A program made the position numbers and the translations under genes. This document shows positions 52,974 to 62,995 of a stretch of DNA of 64,000 bases, piece after piece; positions within the stretch are counted from its first letter, which is position 1, and each line of letters starts with the position of its first letter. The notes below the pieces were generated by a model. That model did not search any database and was not told where the DNA came from. It saw only the letters and a list, made by a program, of their open reading frames with translations. This DNA comes from Terriglobia bacterium (lineage in GTDB: Bacteria > Acidobacteriota > Terriglobia > JAJPHL01 > JAPKYU01), in contig CBDBKE010000004.1 in NCBI GenBank assembly GCA_965206645.1, forward strand, positions 1,600,001 through 1,664,000. Reading direction: 5' to 3'.

Positions 52974-54059
52974 TTACCGGCTCAACCCAGCCTCGCGTTG
53001 GAGCCTCTGCGCGTGTTGTTCCGTGGATTGCTTCGGCGTCTGGCTGATCTGAGGCCCGCGAGCATGAGAATATTGGTGGCTCAACTCCGCCGCCGTCTTC
53101 TCCTTCACCGGGGCTTCGCGCTCGTGCTCGACCGCACGGTCCATGAGGTAATTGGTCATCTGTTGCGCGTCCCGCGCCGCTCTATGAATCTCGTGCGGGT
53201 CTTTTTCCAGGACCGCAACCCAATTCTCGACATAGGCCGCGCCGCGCTGCGGGTCATGCCCCACGCCCACGCGCTCCCCCGTCATCATGGCGCTGATCTC
53301 GGCCCGCAATTCCTCGCGGGCGTACTCAGGCGATCCAAAGCCCTTGTCCAGTCCTTCTTTGAGCGTGTCGCGGTTCATGCGGTCCGGGTGGCCGGTCGAG
53401 TGACCGCATTCGTGAAGCGCCGTTTGGTAGTAGCCGTTGCGCGTGGGGAATTGGGACGGCTCCGGGAGCACCACCTTGTCCTCGGCGATCCGATAGTAGG
53501 CCCGATCTCCGGCGACGTGCTCGACCCTCGGCCCGCTGGCCTCAATCACCTTCTCCGCATCGCGGTGAGCGTCCCATTCGGGCCGCGCTTGCGCCGGTCG
53601 CGGTTTCAACTCCAATCCGTCGACTTGCTCGACGTTGAACACCGTGTACTGTTTACAGATGGGATGGGAACGCTGCTCTTCTTCGTAGATCGTCTTGCCG
53701 TCCTTGTCTTTCAGCGTCTTGCCCTGCTCGTCCTTTGCGGTTCGTGCCGTCCGATCCGTGAAAAACAAGACCTGCGTCCCTTTCTCACCTTTGCGAACCT
53801 GCCCGCCCGCCGCTTGGATCTGGCCGTACGTTCCCCAACGGTTGTCTCCCCGGCCATCGCGGATACCCCTGCTCATCAGGTAGAGACTGTTGCCGCCCGT
53901 GTAGGATTTGCCGGTCGAGAAGTTTTCCGGGCTGCTCTGCTCCCCCGGCTTCCACGGCTTCTGCCACGGTGCAACTCCCGCCTTGATTTGTTCGATGAGT
54001 TCTCCGCTGACTTTCTCCGCGTAGTCTTCCCCGCGCTGCCAAAAGGATTTTTTAGCCAT
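52974..54059 (-). CDS. ardC: ArdC antirestriction / ssDNA-binding protein
   Basis: APWQKPW, YTGGN, GGQVRKGEKG, VFNVEQ, HECGHSTGH, YAREELRAE. Confidence 0.9.
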   Translation of the reverse strand: MAKKSFWQRGEDYAEKVSGELIEQIKAGVAPWQKPWKPGEQSSPENFSTGKSYTGGNSLYLMSRGIRDGRGDNRWGTYGQIQAAGGQVRKGEKGTQVLFFTDRTARTAKDEQGKTLKDKDGKTIYEEEQRSHPICKQYTVFNVEQVDGLELKPRPAQARPEWDAHRDAEKVIEASGPRVEHVAGDRAYYRIAEDKVVLPEPSQFPTRNGYYQTALHECGHSTGHPDRMNRDTLKEGLDKGFGSPEYAREELRAEISAMMTGERVGVGHDPQRGAAYVENWVAVLEKDPHEIHRAARDAQQMTNYLMDRAVEHEREAPVKEKTAAELSHQYSHARGPQISQTPKQSTEQHAQRLQREAGLSR

Positions 54060-54076
54060 GCCCCGCCTCCATTTCT

Positions 54077-54268
54077 TTAGTCGTGCCGATCGCGCCGCGC
54101 CGCGTTGATCTCTTCCACGGTGCCCACGTCCTCGACCATCAAACCGATCTGCTCTCCGAGTTCCCACGTCAGTTCAACCGCGAGCCCACGGTTCAACGCC
54201 TCGTGAAATTCAGCCTCGGTTTCGACCGATAGGTATTTCTCGCCGTATTCTTCCTTCTCTTGCATCAT
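54077..54268 (-). CDS. Small acidic hypothetical protein
   Basis: GGGAG RBS; overlaps the upstream stop codon. Confidence 0.55.
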   Translation of the reverse strand: MMQEKEEYGEKYLSVETEAEFHEALNRGLAVELTWELGEQIGLMVEDVGTVEEINAARRDRHD

Positions 54269-54705
54269 CGTTTCTCCCTCTCCGGATCGATCTTCTTTAC
54301 ACCCACACGCCCACACAGGATGCAAACGGGTTGGATGGCGGTTTGGCGCCGCTGAAACCGGGGCCGACCCTGGAATACCTCCGCCAATGGCGTGCTCATT
54401 CCCGTTTCCGTCCATGGCTCCCCGACCTTGTCCGATCGACCCCTGCCGGCGGAAGTGTGATCTGTCACGCGCCCGAGGCGGCACCGTTCCCGGTATTCCC
54501 GCTGGCGTTGGCAATGGTCCTCGCGAACCTCCGGGTCCCGCTGGTAGCGGCGGTTGGCGCGCCGCCTCTGTTCGCGTCTCATCCGGCCTCGGCACCGATC
54601 CCCGCAGTAGACCTGCCCCCGATAGCAGCTCCTGCAGATGTAAAACATCACCCCGCAACCCGACCCTCGACAAAACAACTGTCGAAACACCACCTCTTGG
54701 GCCAT
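54265..54705 (-). CDS. Cys-rich, Arg-rich hypothetical protein
   Basis: CRGSGC...ICRSCYRGQVYCGDRC...RRYQ...VTDH...CILCGR. Confidence 0.7.
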   Translation of the reverse strand: MAQEVVFRQLFCRGSGCGVMFYICRSCYRGQVYCGDRCRGRMRREQRRRANRRYQRDPEVREDHCQRQREYRERCRLGRVTDHTSAGRGRSDKVGEPWTETGMSTPLAEVFQGRPRFQRRQTAIQPVCILCGRVGVKKIDPEREKR

Positions 54706-54790
54706 CGCACCCCTCACGGGTGTGAATAACGGCCATCTGTCGTGGCACTCTGACCTTGCTGTAGCCGTGCCCTTTGACCAGGGCCGCCAT

Positions 54791-54819
54791 AAAAAAACCC
54801 GATCGCTCTAACGATCGGG
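54791..54819 (-). terminator. Rho-independent terminator upstream of the ICE transfer operon
   Basis: CCCGATCG-N6-CGATCGGG stem followed by T7 on the minus strand. Confidence 0.65.
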
Positions 54820-54899
54820 GGTTTCCCTTTATCCGCGCCGCTCTACCTCACTAAAGACTCCGCTTCGGCGATGATGACGAACTTTAAACCGGCGAGGGT

Positions 54900-55094
54900 G
54901 TGCCCCAGGACTACGTCCAAGCCCACAAGTGGATCAACTTGACCGCTTCCCGAACTACTCCAGGAGAAGCGGAGGATCTCCGATTAGCGAGAGACAAACT
55001 GGCAGCGCAGATGACTGCTTCACAAGTCGCCAAAGCCCAGCGGTTGGCGTGGGAATGGCAACCGAAGACGTGGGAACAACTAAAGGGCGAGTAG
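54900..55094 (+). pseudogene. Sel1-repeat protein C-terminal remnant
   Basis: GVPQDYVQAHKWINL...MTASQVAKAQRLAWEW. Confidence 0.75.
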
Positions 55095-55189
55095 GTCTTG
55101 CCGGGCTCAGATCACCACAGAGCTTCTGGGCCTATGGATGAAAAGAGTCATGAAGCCGATGACCTGGTGTGCCGCTATGCTTGTTTCAA

Positions 55190-55415
55190 CGTGGACCGCA
55201 GGTATAAGCTGATCCGGCGCTATCACGTGACGGACGCGGCTGTGCACGACAGCCAGGTGGTGGAAGACATTCTCGATCCCGACAAGACAGCCGCGGACGC
55301 ATGGGCGGACAGCGTCTACCAGTCGGCGGAGATCAAGGCCGTGCTGAAGGAGAAGGGCCTAAAGAGCCGGACCCACCGCAAGGGCCGCCGCAACAAGCCG
55401 CCGAGCGCACGATGA
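55190..55415 (+). pseudogene. IS5-family transposase fragment
   Basis: VDRRYKLIRRYHVTDAAVHDSQ, WADSVY, HRKGRRNKP. Confidence 0.75.
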
Positions 55416-55427
55416 GAGGATAGCCGT

Positions 55428-56475
55428 ATGCCGATTTACCGCATCGATAACAACAAACTTATTCCGATCGAACGCACAACGTTCGCGCAGCAAGGCTTGC
55501 GGGAGCGGCCTGATCTCCAGGCTCTTCTGAAATCCCAGATCGATGTGATCTCTCCGGATACGTTGATCGTGGCTGAGGAATTTGGCGACTGGGAGGACAG
55601 TCGGCGGCGCATTGATTTGCTGGGCATCGACAAAGGCGCCAACCTCGTCGTGATCGAACTAAAGCGCACGGAAGATGGCGGATATATGGAACTGCAAGCC
55701 ATTCGCTATGCCGCGATGATCTCCACGCTGACCTTTGACGAGTTGGTGACGAACTACGAGGGCTACCTGAGTAAAAACAATATTGAGCCGGGATGCGAAA
55801 GATAGTCTACTCGAGTTCCTGAACTGGAATGATTCGGATGGTGAGGAATTTGGCCAGAAAGTCAAAATCGTCCTCGTCTCGACCGAATTCACAAAAGAGC
55901 TGACAACGTCGGTGATGTGGCTAAACGACCTTGGGCTGGATATCCGCTGCGTCCGAATGCACCCTTACACAAATGATGGGCAGACCTTCCTAGACGTACA
56001 AACTATCATCCCTATCCCGGAAGCGGCCGATTACCAAGTCCGTATTCGGAAGCAGAAACAAAAAGAGCGGGAATCGAGACAAAGCGCACGGGATTTCACC
56101 AAGTACGACGTCAGCATCGCCGGTAAACAATACCGGGCACAAAGCAAACGCAAGATGATGTTTCTGCTTGTTTCAGAGGTGCTGGCGAACGGCGGCACGC
56201 CGCAGCAAGTCATGGAGGTCATACCCAGGCGAAAGTTCAAAGTCTTCGAGGGCACGTTGGATGCAGAGCAGGTCAAAGAACAGATCATGAAGGATGACGG
56301 CGGCGGGGCCGTGCCACGGTCGAGGCGGTTCTTCTGCGACGAAGACGAACCCTTCCATGTCGAGAACAAGACCTATGTCCTGGGCAATCAGTGGGGCACC
56401 AGCACACTCGATACCGCGAAATCGCTGGCCAAGATGTTCCCTAACCTAACAATCGATTACAAGCAGACCGTGTAA
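55428..56475 (+). pseudogene. NucS/DUF91-like PD-(D/E)XK endonuclease, frameshifted near 55787
   Basis: RRRIDLLGID...LVVIELKR...LQAIRYAAM; the second ORF continues (ELTTSVMWL, NQWG). Confidence 0.75.
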
Positions 56476-56481
56476 GCACAC

Positions 56482-56808
56482 CGGTAGACCGACTGCCGCA
56501 GCAAGTCCGCGAAAGAAAACCGAGCATTGTTTGCCCGCGAATCGGTCAGGTGCTCGTCAATGAGTTCGCTGAATCCCAGACGCTCATCCAACTCCCGGAC
56601 CAGAATCAGTCCACCATTGGAAGTCACCCGTGATCCCTGAAACCCGACTCGCAGAAATCGGTTGAACGACAGCTGAAATCCCTGTTTTCCGCTCTCACCC
56701 ATTGGGTTTACGCCTCCGAACGCTCCGATTGATGCTGCAACCAGTATCAATATTGACGTTGGAGGTTAGCTGAAGGTTGCCGCTGCGTTTTCAAAAAGGA
56801 AATCCGGG
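56482..56808 (-). mobile_element. IS1380-family left-end remnant
   Basis: CCCGGATTTCCTTTT end plus MGESGKQGFQLSFNRFL...LLRQSVY, homologous to the transposase at 8330. Confidence 0.88.
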
Positions 56809-56920
56809 TAAACACCATGAGTTCGCTAGGCTACTGGGTCTGACCGATTACCAGATGCTGGGAAAGAAGATGAAGGAGCACCCTGCTAGTACGTCAACTC
56901 TTTTGTCGGACGAGACACTA

Positions 56921-57821
56921 GAGGTGGTCTCAAGAATATCTCAGCATGATTTTGATGCATCCGAGTCGGACCATACCCAAGAAATTGTCGATGTGGTACT
57001 CGTAGCGCGTGACCCGGCGGCGAAACAGTTGCAGCCAAGCGAACAGACGCTCGACTGTCCAGCGCCGCCGATAGCGGCGTAAGGGCCGGCCGTCTTGCGT
57101 CGGGCGTGCCCGGTTGCTGCGGTGCGGAGCAATCATCTGCACCCCGTATTGTTCCTGCATCTGACGGTCTAACTTGTCACTGTCGTAGGCTTTGTCCCCG
57201 ATCAGTCGTTCGGGAAGCTGGTCGAGGAAGCTGTGGCCGAGGGCTTCTTCGACCAGTTGGCTTTCGTGGGGTGAAGCAGCCTGGATACTGACGGCGACAG
57301 CTAGACTGTTGCCAACGGTGATAGCCGTGATCTTCGTCCCCTTGCCTCGCTTGGTAGGACCAATCCCGAAGCCCCTTTTTGCGCCGCCGCAAAGGTCGCG
57401 TCGATAAAGGCTTCCTCCAGATTCAAGCGTCCCTCGGCTTGCAACCGGCGCGCCAGTTTCCGCAACGCCTTCGCCAGCGCCCCCGAACGCACCCACTGCT
57501 GAAAGCGGCGATGGCAGGTCTGGTACGGAGGATATGTTTCCGGTATCTCCCGCCACTGTGCCCTCGTCCCTAAAATCCACAACACGCCGTTCCGCACCGT
57601 GCGCGCCTCCTTCGGCGGTCGCCCCTTTCCATCGGGCCGCCGCTTCGACCGCAGGATCGGTTTCAACAAAGCCCACTGCTCGTCGCTGAGTTCCCAGCGT
57701 ACATGCACGGGTTTGGTTCCGCGTCAAATCGCCAGATCTTCTTCAGTTTTCCTCAACTCTTTTCCTCGCAACCTTCTTTCTTTTCTCCCCGTTGCCAAAG
57801 AACCATTTTTGAGACCAGCTC
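56921..57821 (-). mobile_element. IS5-family element with a two-ORF (frameshift) transposase and TA duplication in CTAG
   Basis: IRs GAGGTGGTCTCAAG / TTTGAGACCAGCTC; ELSDEQW, IDATF, AAAAAGGGG slippery site, GDKAYDSD, YRRRWTVERLF. Confidence 0.88.
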
Positions 57822-57831
57822 TAGTAGAACT

Positions 57832-58711
57832 CTATAAACCTGGAAGGAGACCGCGTATTTCTTCCAACAGCGGCGCTCGCTCGCCGCCGCTACTGTCAAT
57901 GAACTGCCGGATATGGGGATAGAAAACCGAAAAGCGCGTGTAAATAGAGAAGTCGGTCGGGCAGGCATCTCCGGCATTGCTATCGCCGCTGCTCAGTGCC
58001 CCCACTACGGTTCCAGGGCTGCTGAAGATGGCGGACCCGGAAGAGCCTCCCTCCGTGTAGCCTCGTCCCGGTGGATAGGAGACGACGGCGTAGACATCGT
58101 CGGAAGTTCCAAAACCCGGGTTGGGAATGATCTGACCGAAGGAAATCCGTTTGAAGAAGCCCCAATCGGCGCTCCCGGCGCTCCCGGGATGATGAATGCC
58201 GGTGACCTGCGCGTCGAAAGGTTGAGGGTCCGCGTCCCATCCCTGGAACATCACAGCGTCCGGTAAATCACCCTCAAGCCGCAGCAGCGTCATATCGCCG
58301 TCGGGATACGGTTCGCCGCCGCCCAAAGTGGAAAGCAGAGCCGCGCCCGTGGTGCGCGGTACGCTCTGAAAAGCTGGCAGATCTCCGTTGCAGGTTTGGG
58401 TCTGATAAAACCAGTGCGCTACCACGCTCCGCGCTTCCGCCTCGGTAGCCACGCAGTGGGCGGCGGTGAGGAAGTAGGGGGTGGAGTCCTGCTGGCGGTT
58501 ATTCAGCAATGTGCCCGAACAGATAGAACTGCTCTCGCTTGTCTCATAGAGAATTCCCGCGACGCCCGCCGCTGAACTCGACCATTCGGGGTAGCAGGTC
58601 ACGTCAAGGTGACAGTCCTCGGTGTCCGTCTCCACTGTCGCCGTGAGCGTGCCCTCGGCGACGACGCCCGTATCATAGACGGCTATCGAGACAAAGTAGG
58701 TTCCTGCGCGA
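57832..58711 (-). pseudogene. Lysyl-endopeptidase-like trypsin-fold serine protease, 5'-truncated by IS6
   Basis: CSGTLLNN, LTAAHC, GDMTLLRL, GIHHP, TEGGSSGS. Confidence 0.85.
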
Positions 58712-59515
58712 GGTACTGTCAAGTTCAGTGGGAGCGTGGCAGACTTGGCCGATGAAACGCGACACGCTGAGCTACCATGGATATCGATTCCCACCTGACA
58801 TTATCAGCCACGCCGTCTGGCTGTATCACCGCTTCGGTGTGAGCTTTCGCGATGTCGAAGATCTCCTGGCCCAACGCGGCATTACGGTGTCCTACGAAGC
58901 GATCCGGCTGTGGTGCCTCACGTTCGGTTCAGTATACGCTCGCCGGCTCAAGCGTCGACAGGGCCGGCTGGGCGACATCTGGCACCTGGACGAGGTCTTC
59001 GTCACCATCCAGGGACAGCGGCGCTATCTCTGGCGTGCCGTCGATCAAGATGGTGACGTCATCGATATCCTCGTCCAGTCGCGTCGCGACTGTCGGGCGG
59101 CTACACGCTTTTTCCGCAAGCTGTTGAAGGGCCAGGAGCGTACGCCTGGGCGGTTGGTCACCGACAAGCTGAGCAGCTACAGGGCTGCGCACCGAGCGGT
59201 CATGCCGTCCGTCGCCCATCGCACGGACCGATACGAGAACAATCGCGCCGAAGTCTCCCACCAGCCCACACGGCAACGCGAGCGACAAATGCGCCGGTTC
59301 AAATCTCCCGGGCAGGCACAACGATTCTTGTCCGTGCATGGACTCGTCCGCAACCTCTTCCGCGTTGGCCGTCACCTGGTGCGAGCGGTGCATCATCGGG
59401 AGCTACGAGGACGCTCTTTTCTCATTTGGGATGCAGTCACGATCGCCGCCTGACTCGAACTGAGATCACGATCCCGAGTACCGGCTCGCTCGACGAACGC
59501 TAACTTGACAGTACC
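58712..59515 (+). mobile_element. IS6-family element (transposase 58752-59453)
   Basis: Perfect 14-bp IR GGTACTGTCAAGTT; WHLDEVF, LWRAVD, VTDKL, NNRAEVSH; flanks do not match (no TSD). Confidence 0.95.
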
Positions 59516-60110
59516 CCGCGAGCTGCTCGACAGCATCAAGACCGTCCGAAAGACGAAGCGCAAGGACGGAACGGAATCAGAGGAACCGTCCCTTGTCGGC
59601 CTGCGCGATCGCGCCCTCATCGGCGCAATGGTCTACACCTTCGCGCGCGTCAACGCCGTGCTGCAGATGAAAGTGCGCGACTACTTCGTGCAGGGCCGCC
59701 GCGGCTGGGTCCGCCTGCACGAGAAAGGCGGCAAGGAGCATGAGGTTCCTTGTCACCACAGTCTGGAGCAGTACCTCGACGAATACATCGCCGCCGCCGG
59801 CATCGCGGGAGATCCGGACGCGCCTTTATTTCAGACGGCTGCCGGCAAGACCGGCGCGCTCACCGGCAAGACCCTGTGGCAGCAGGACGCCTATCGCATG
59901 ATCCAGCGGCGGACGCGCGGCACTGGCATCAAGACGAGGATCGGGAACCATACCTTCCGGGCGACCGGCATCACCGCGTACCTGAAGAACAAGGGGACGC
60001 TTGAAGCCGCGCAGCACATCGCCAACCACGAGTCGCCGCGAACCACGAAGCTCTACGACCGAAGGCAGGATGAGATTTCCATCGATGAAGTCGAGCGGAT
60101 TGCCATTTAG
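59516..60110 (+). pseudogene. Tyrosine recombinase catalytic domain, 5'-truncated by IS6
   Basis: GLRDRAL, FARV, EKGGK, HTFRATG, NHESPRTTKLY. Confidence 0.85.
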
Positions 60111-60129
60111 GTTCAGAATGAGAGTTTAG

Positions 60130-60346
60130 GCCGTATTCCTTCCGCCACCGGTAGTAGGTTTGGGTGTGGATTCCAGCTTCTTTGCAGGCTTGGGGCGCAG
60201 TCTTCCCGTTCCCCATCTGCACTTCTATCTGCCGTAGCACCGCTACAATCTGCTCCGGCTTGTAACTCCTTGTCGGCATGACCTCACTTCCTCCTCAAGT
60301 GGATTCTCTCTCTTTCCACTTGGTACAAAAAGTGCCGGTCAGGTCA
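60130..60346 (-). mobile_element. IS3-family left-end remnant (third copy)
   Basis: Matches the left end and orfA start of copy 2 (about 14070-14286). Confidence 0.92.
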
Positions 60347-60434
60347 CCTCCTTACTAGAGGCTTTGATTTTGCCGCAAAACTCTCATCCCCACTGGTTCA
60401 GTTTTCTGGGAACCCATCAGGGATTCCAGCCCCT

Positions 60435-61414
60435 TCAAGGTCGTCTAACACAGAACTCCGGTGTCAGGTGTCTGTCAACCCTCTGATGGATCGGTTGGAC
60501 CTTCATTGCGGCGATTATGTGCGTGGGTTTGATACGGCCTTCGTCGATCAACCGTTGGTCGAGTTCGTGCACACGATCGATAAACTCCAGATCTTTCGGA
60601 TTGTTGGGATCGAAATTGTGTCCGAATGAACGATCGATAAACGGATCAACAAGGTTCCCATACCCAAAGAACAGCTCGAAGTGGAATCGCTCCATGAGCA
60701 GAGGCAGGATATCCTGAGATCGAATCCCCTCGAAGCCTTCGGTTGAACAATCCCAGTTGACGAACTGCTTCTCCAGTCTCTTTAGTTGATGATTGTACTT
60801 ATACCGATCGGGGAGTTCATTCCACAGTTCATTGACGATCTCTAACGCTTCCGGCCATCGCATGTGACCGTTGCGACCGATCATGTCATCGGTCAAGAAA
60901 TACCCGTCGTCCTCAAGCAATTCCGCAACACGATCGAAAAGCAACTCCAGCTCAACGAAATGGTGAAGGCAGTGGATTGCAAGCACGGCCTGGTACTTTC
61001 GTTTGGGCATCCACGAGTTGATGTCGCACGTGACGAAGGACATGTTGTCTGCGATGCCTTGTTGCTCCGCGGCGGACTCGCCCCTCTCCAGCATGGTCGG
61101 GTTGATATCGATGCAGTCGAGGCTGAAATTCTTTTTGCCTTCCTGAACCAGCCTCTTGACGATTTCTAGATCGAACTCGCAATTGCCCGCACCGATACTG
61201 ACGAATCTGTTATGGATTTCGGGGGACGATGCGCATATCCGTCCAAGATATTGACCGAAGAACTCTATCGCACTCGTGAAACCGAACGGTTTCAGTCGTG
61301 CGATAAGGTACTTGTTCGACCAGTAGTGAAATATATCCGGGAGGTCGTGCACCTTGGTGCACTGTTCGAAGTGCTCTAGCTCACGTGCGAGACGCTGCTG
61401 GTAATCAGTATCAG
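60435..61414 (-). CDS. Class I SAM-dependent methyltransferase; native 5' end replaced by an IS1380 end
   Basis: SIGAGNC, CIDIN, CLHHFVELE, DMIGRNGHMRWPEAL, EGFEGIRSQDILPLL. Confidence 0.75.
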
Positions 61415-61621
61415 CCGGAATTTCCATTTTGAGCTTCACCTTCACCCGAAAACCTATGCCTCTTACCCTGTCGTGTCAATCGCAAATCGCCCGGGCCTCT
61501 TTGAGGTGGTAGTGCGGCACATTTTGGCTGTTCTTCGGAGTCGCTGTGCGGGTTTCGCCTGCCCAGCCTGCCTCGCCGCTGACACTTGTCCGGCCCGACC
61601 ACTTCTGAGCACCTAAAATTA
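61415..61621 (-). mobile_element. IS1380 right-end fragment (207 bp)
   Basis: Reverse complement of 9676-9882. Confidence 0.93.
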
Positions 61622-62125
61622 GGGGACTATAGACAATAGTCACATTCCAGGCTACGGCACTACGGCTTGACCTTCCGCCGGACGATCACTTGGCGACCGA
61701 TTGCCCTAGCGAGTTTTTCTGGTGTCGTTCGGATGCTCATATCAGCCTCCATATCGGCCTTTGAAGGTTGATAGGCATGGTGCGCCAGTTCTACTATTGG
61801 TTTCGTTCGAGGTCTTTTCTTTTGCTTAGGGGAGTATAGACCTAAGTCACAATTCTATTGACAACCCTAACCCGCTTATACTATAGCCATAATTGAGGGG
61901 ATTGCAAATGCCAAAGAAGGCGCCTGGAAAAAGCCACCGCAATGAATTCGCGTGTGGGTCGGCTTGGCGGCCACTCGCACGATTCTCGCAATCTCACATT
62001 CCTGTTCCGGAGCCGCGAGGCCACAACCCATAGGGTGTACCTGAATGAAGTGGATATCCTACTTTGAAGATTATCTCGCTTGATGTTCTCAAAATGGAGC
62101 GAGCACAGGGTTCTCTGTTTAAGAC

Positions 62126-62797
62126 ATGAGCCGCGTGGAATCCTTCTTGAACAAGATGCGCGAAGATTGGAACCGCCGAGCCCGCGAGAATGCATATCAC
62201 TACATCAACACAGCGAGAGAGAATTGGGACCCTAGGGAGTTTTTTGAGACTGGAAACAGAAATGTTGCCGAGCAAGTCTTAAACGACATGGAAGGGGTGT
62301 GCCGTGGAAAACCGCCGAAGGTGATGCGCGTATTGGAAATCGGATGCGGGGGCGGTCGGCTAACGCGCGCCTTGGCGGCAACCTTCGGCGAGGTTCACGG
62401 AGTGGACGTGAGTGACGAAATGATCTCTATGGCCAGGGCTAGCCTAGCTGACTTGCCGAACGTGCATCTGCACTTGAACAATGGAGCAGACTTAGCTGGG
62501 ATGACAGATCACTCTTTTGACTTCGCGTTTTCTTTTCTGGTGTTCCAGCACATCTCAAGCCGCGAGGTTATCGAGAGCTATGTGAGAGAAGTGTGCCGTG
62601 TCCTAAGACCCGAATCTCTCTTCAAGTTTCAGTTGCAGGGCTACGCTGAAACGCAACCGGAGGCCGACGATACTTGGATTGGCGCGCCTTACACTATCGA
62701 GCAAGCGACGAAGTTAGCAAACGACTGTGGTTTTGAACTTCGAGATCACCATGGAGTCAGCAGCCAGTACTTTTGGTTGTGGTTCTTAAAACCATGA
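62126..62797 (+). CDS. Class I SAM-dependent methyltransferase (cassette passenger)
   Basis: VLEIGCGGGR, GVDVS, SFDFAFSFLVFQH, RVLRP. Confidence 0.9.
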   Translation: MSRVESFLNKMREDWNRRARENAYHYINTARENWDPREFFETGNRNVAEQVLNDMEGVCRGKPPKVMRVLEIGCGGGRLTRALAATFGEVHGVDVSDEMISMARASLADLPNVHLHLNNGADLAGMTDHSFDFAFSFLVFQHISSREVIESYVREVCRVLRPESLFKFQLQGYAETQPEADDTWIGAPYTIEQATKLANDCGFELRDHHGVSSQYFWLWFLKP

Positions 62798-62964
62798 AGA
62801 AACCTAAGCGCAACAAGCTTATTGTGCACCTTATGCCCAGTTCGTACCAGCCTTCCAAAGCTGAGTTGGAGGCCGACATGAGTGTCAAGGCAACGCCTGG
62901 GGAATTGGCCCGCGCCTTGGGGCGGCAAGTTACTGTGCGAAAGCGCAAGATGAGGAAATTGTGA
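62794..62964 (+). CDS. 56-aa basic 'YQPSKA' protein
   Basis: ATGA overlap with the methyltransferase stop; a paralog can be reconstructed in the outer element. Confidence 0.7.
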   Translation: MKKPKRNKLIVHLMPSSYQPSKAELEADMSVKATPGELARALGRQVTVRKRKMRKL

Positions 62965-62995
62965 CTTAGGTCTATAATCCCCTTTGCTTACTCAT

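Larger units (their letters stand above)
37844..54820 (-). mobile_element. Integrative conjugative element (backbone) inserted at the tRNA-Pro 3' end; cargo continues to the window end
   Basis: Integrase and excisionase next to the tRNA, a co-oriented T4SS operon, coupling protein and ArdC; distal att site not seen. Confidence 0.85.
61829..62982 (+). mobile_element. Non-autonomous IS1595-like cassette with 26-bp TIRs and an 8-bp TSD TTTGCTTA
   Basis: GGGGAGTATAGACCTAAGTCACAATT / AATTGTGACTTAGGTCTATAATCCCC (1 mismatch); TSD at 61821-28 and 62983-90. Confidence 0.9.

Noticed and set aside
56886-56921. CTAG-bounded 36-bp piece ending GACGAGACACTAG, resembling an IS630 end
   Set aside because: Too short, with no partner end or transposase to support a call
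61591-61603. CGGCCCGACCACT matching the tRNA-Pro 3' end as a possible distal att site of the ICE
   Set aside because: It lies inside the IS1380 end fragment (the same sequence is at about 9694-9706 on the other strand), so it is probably coincidental
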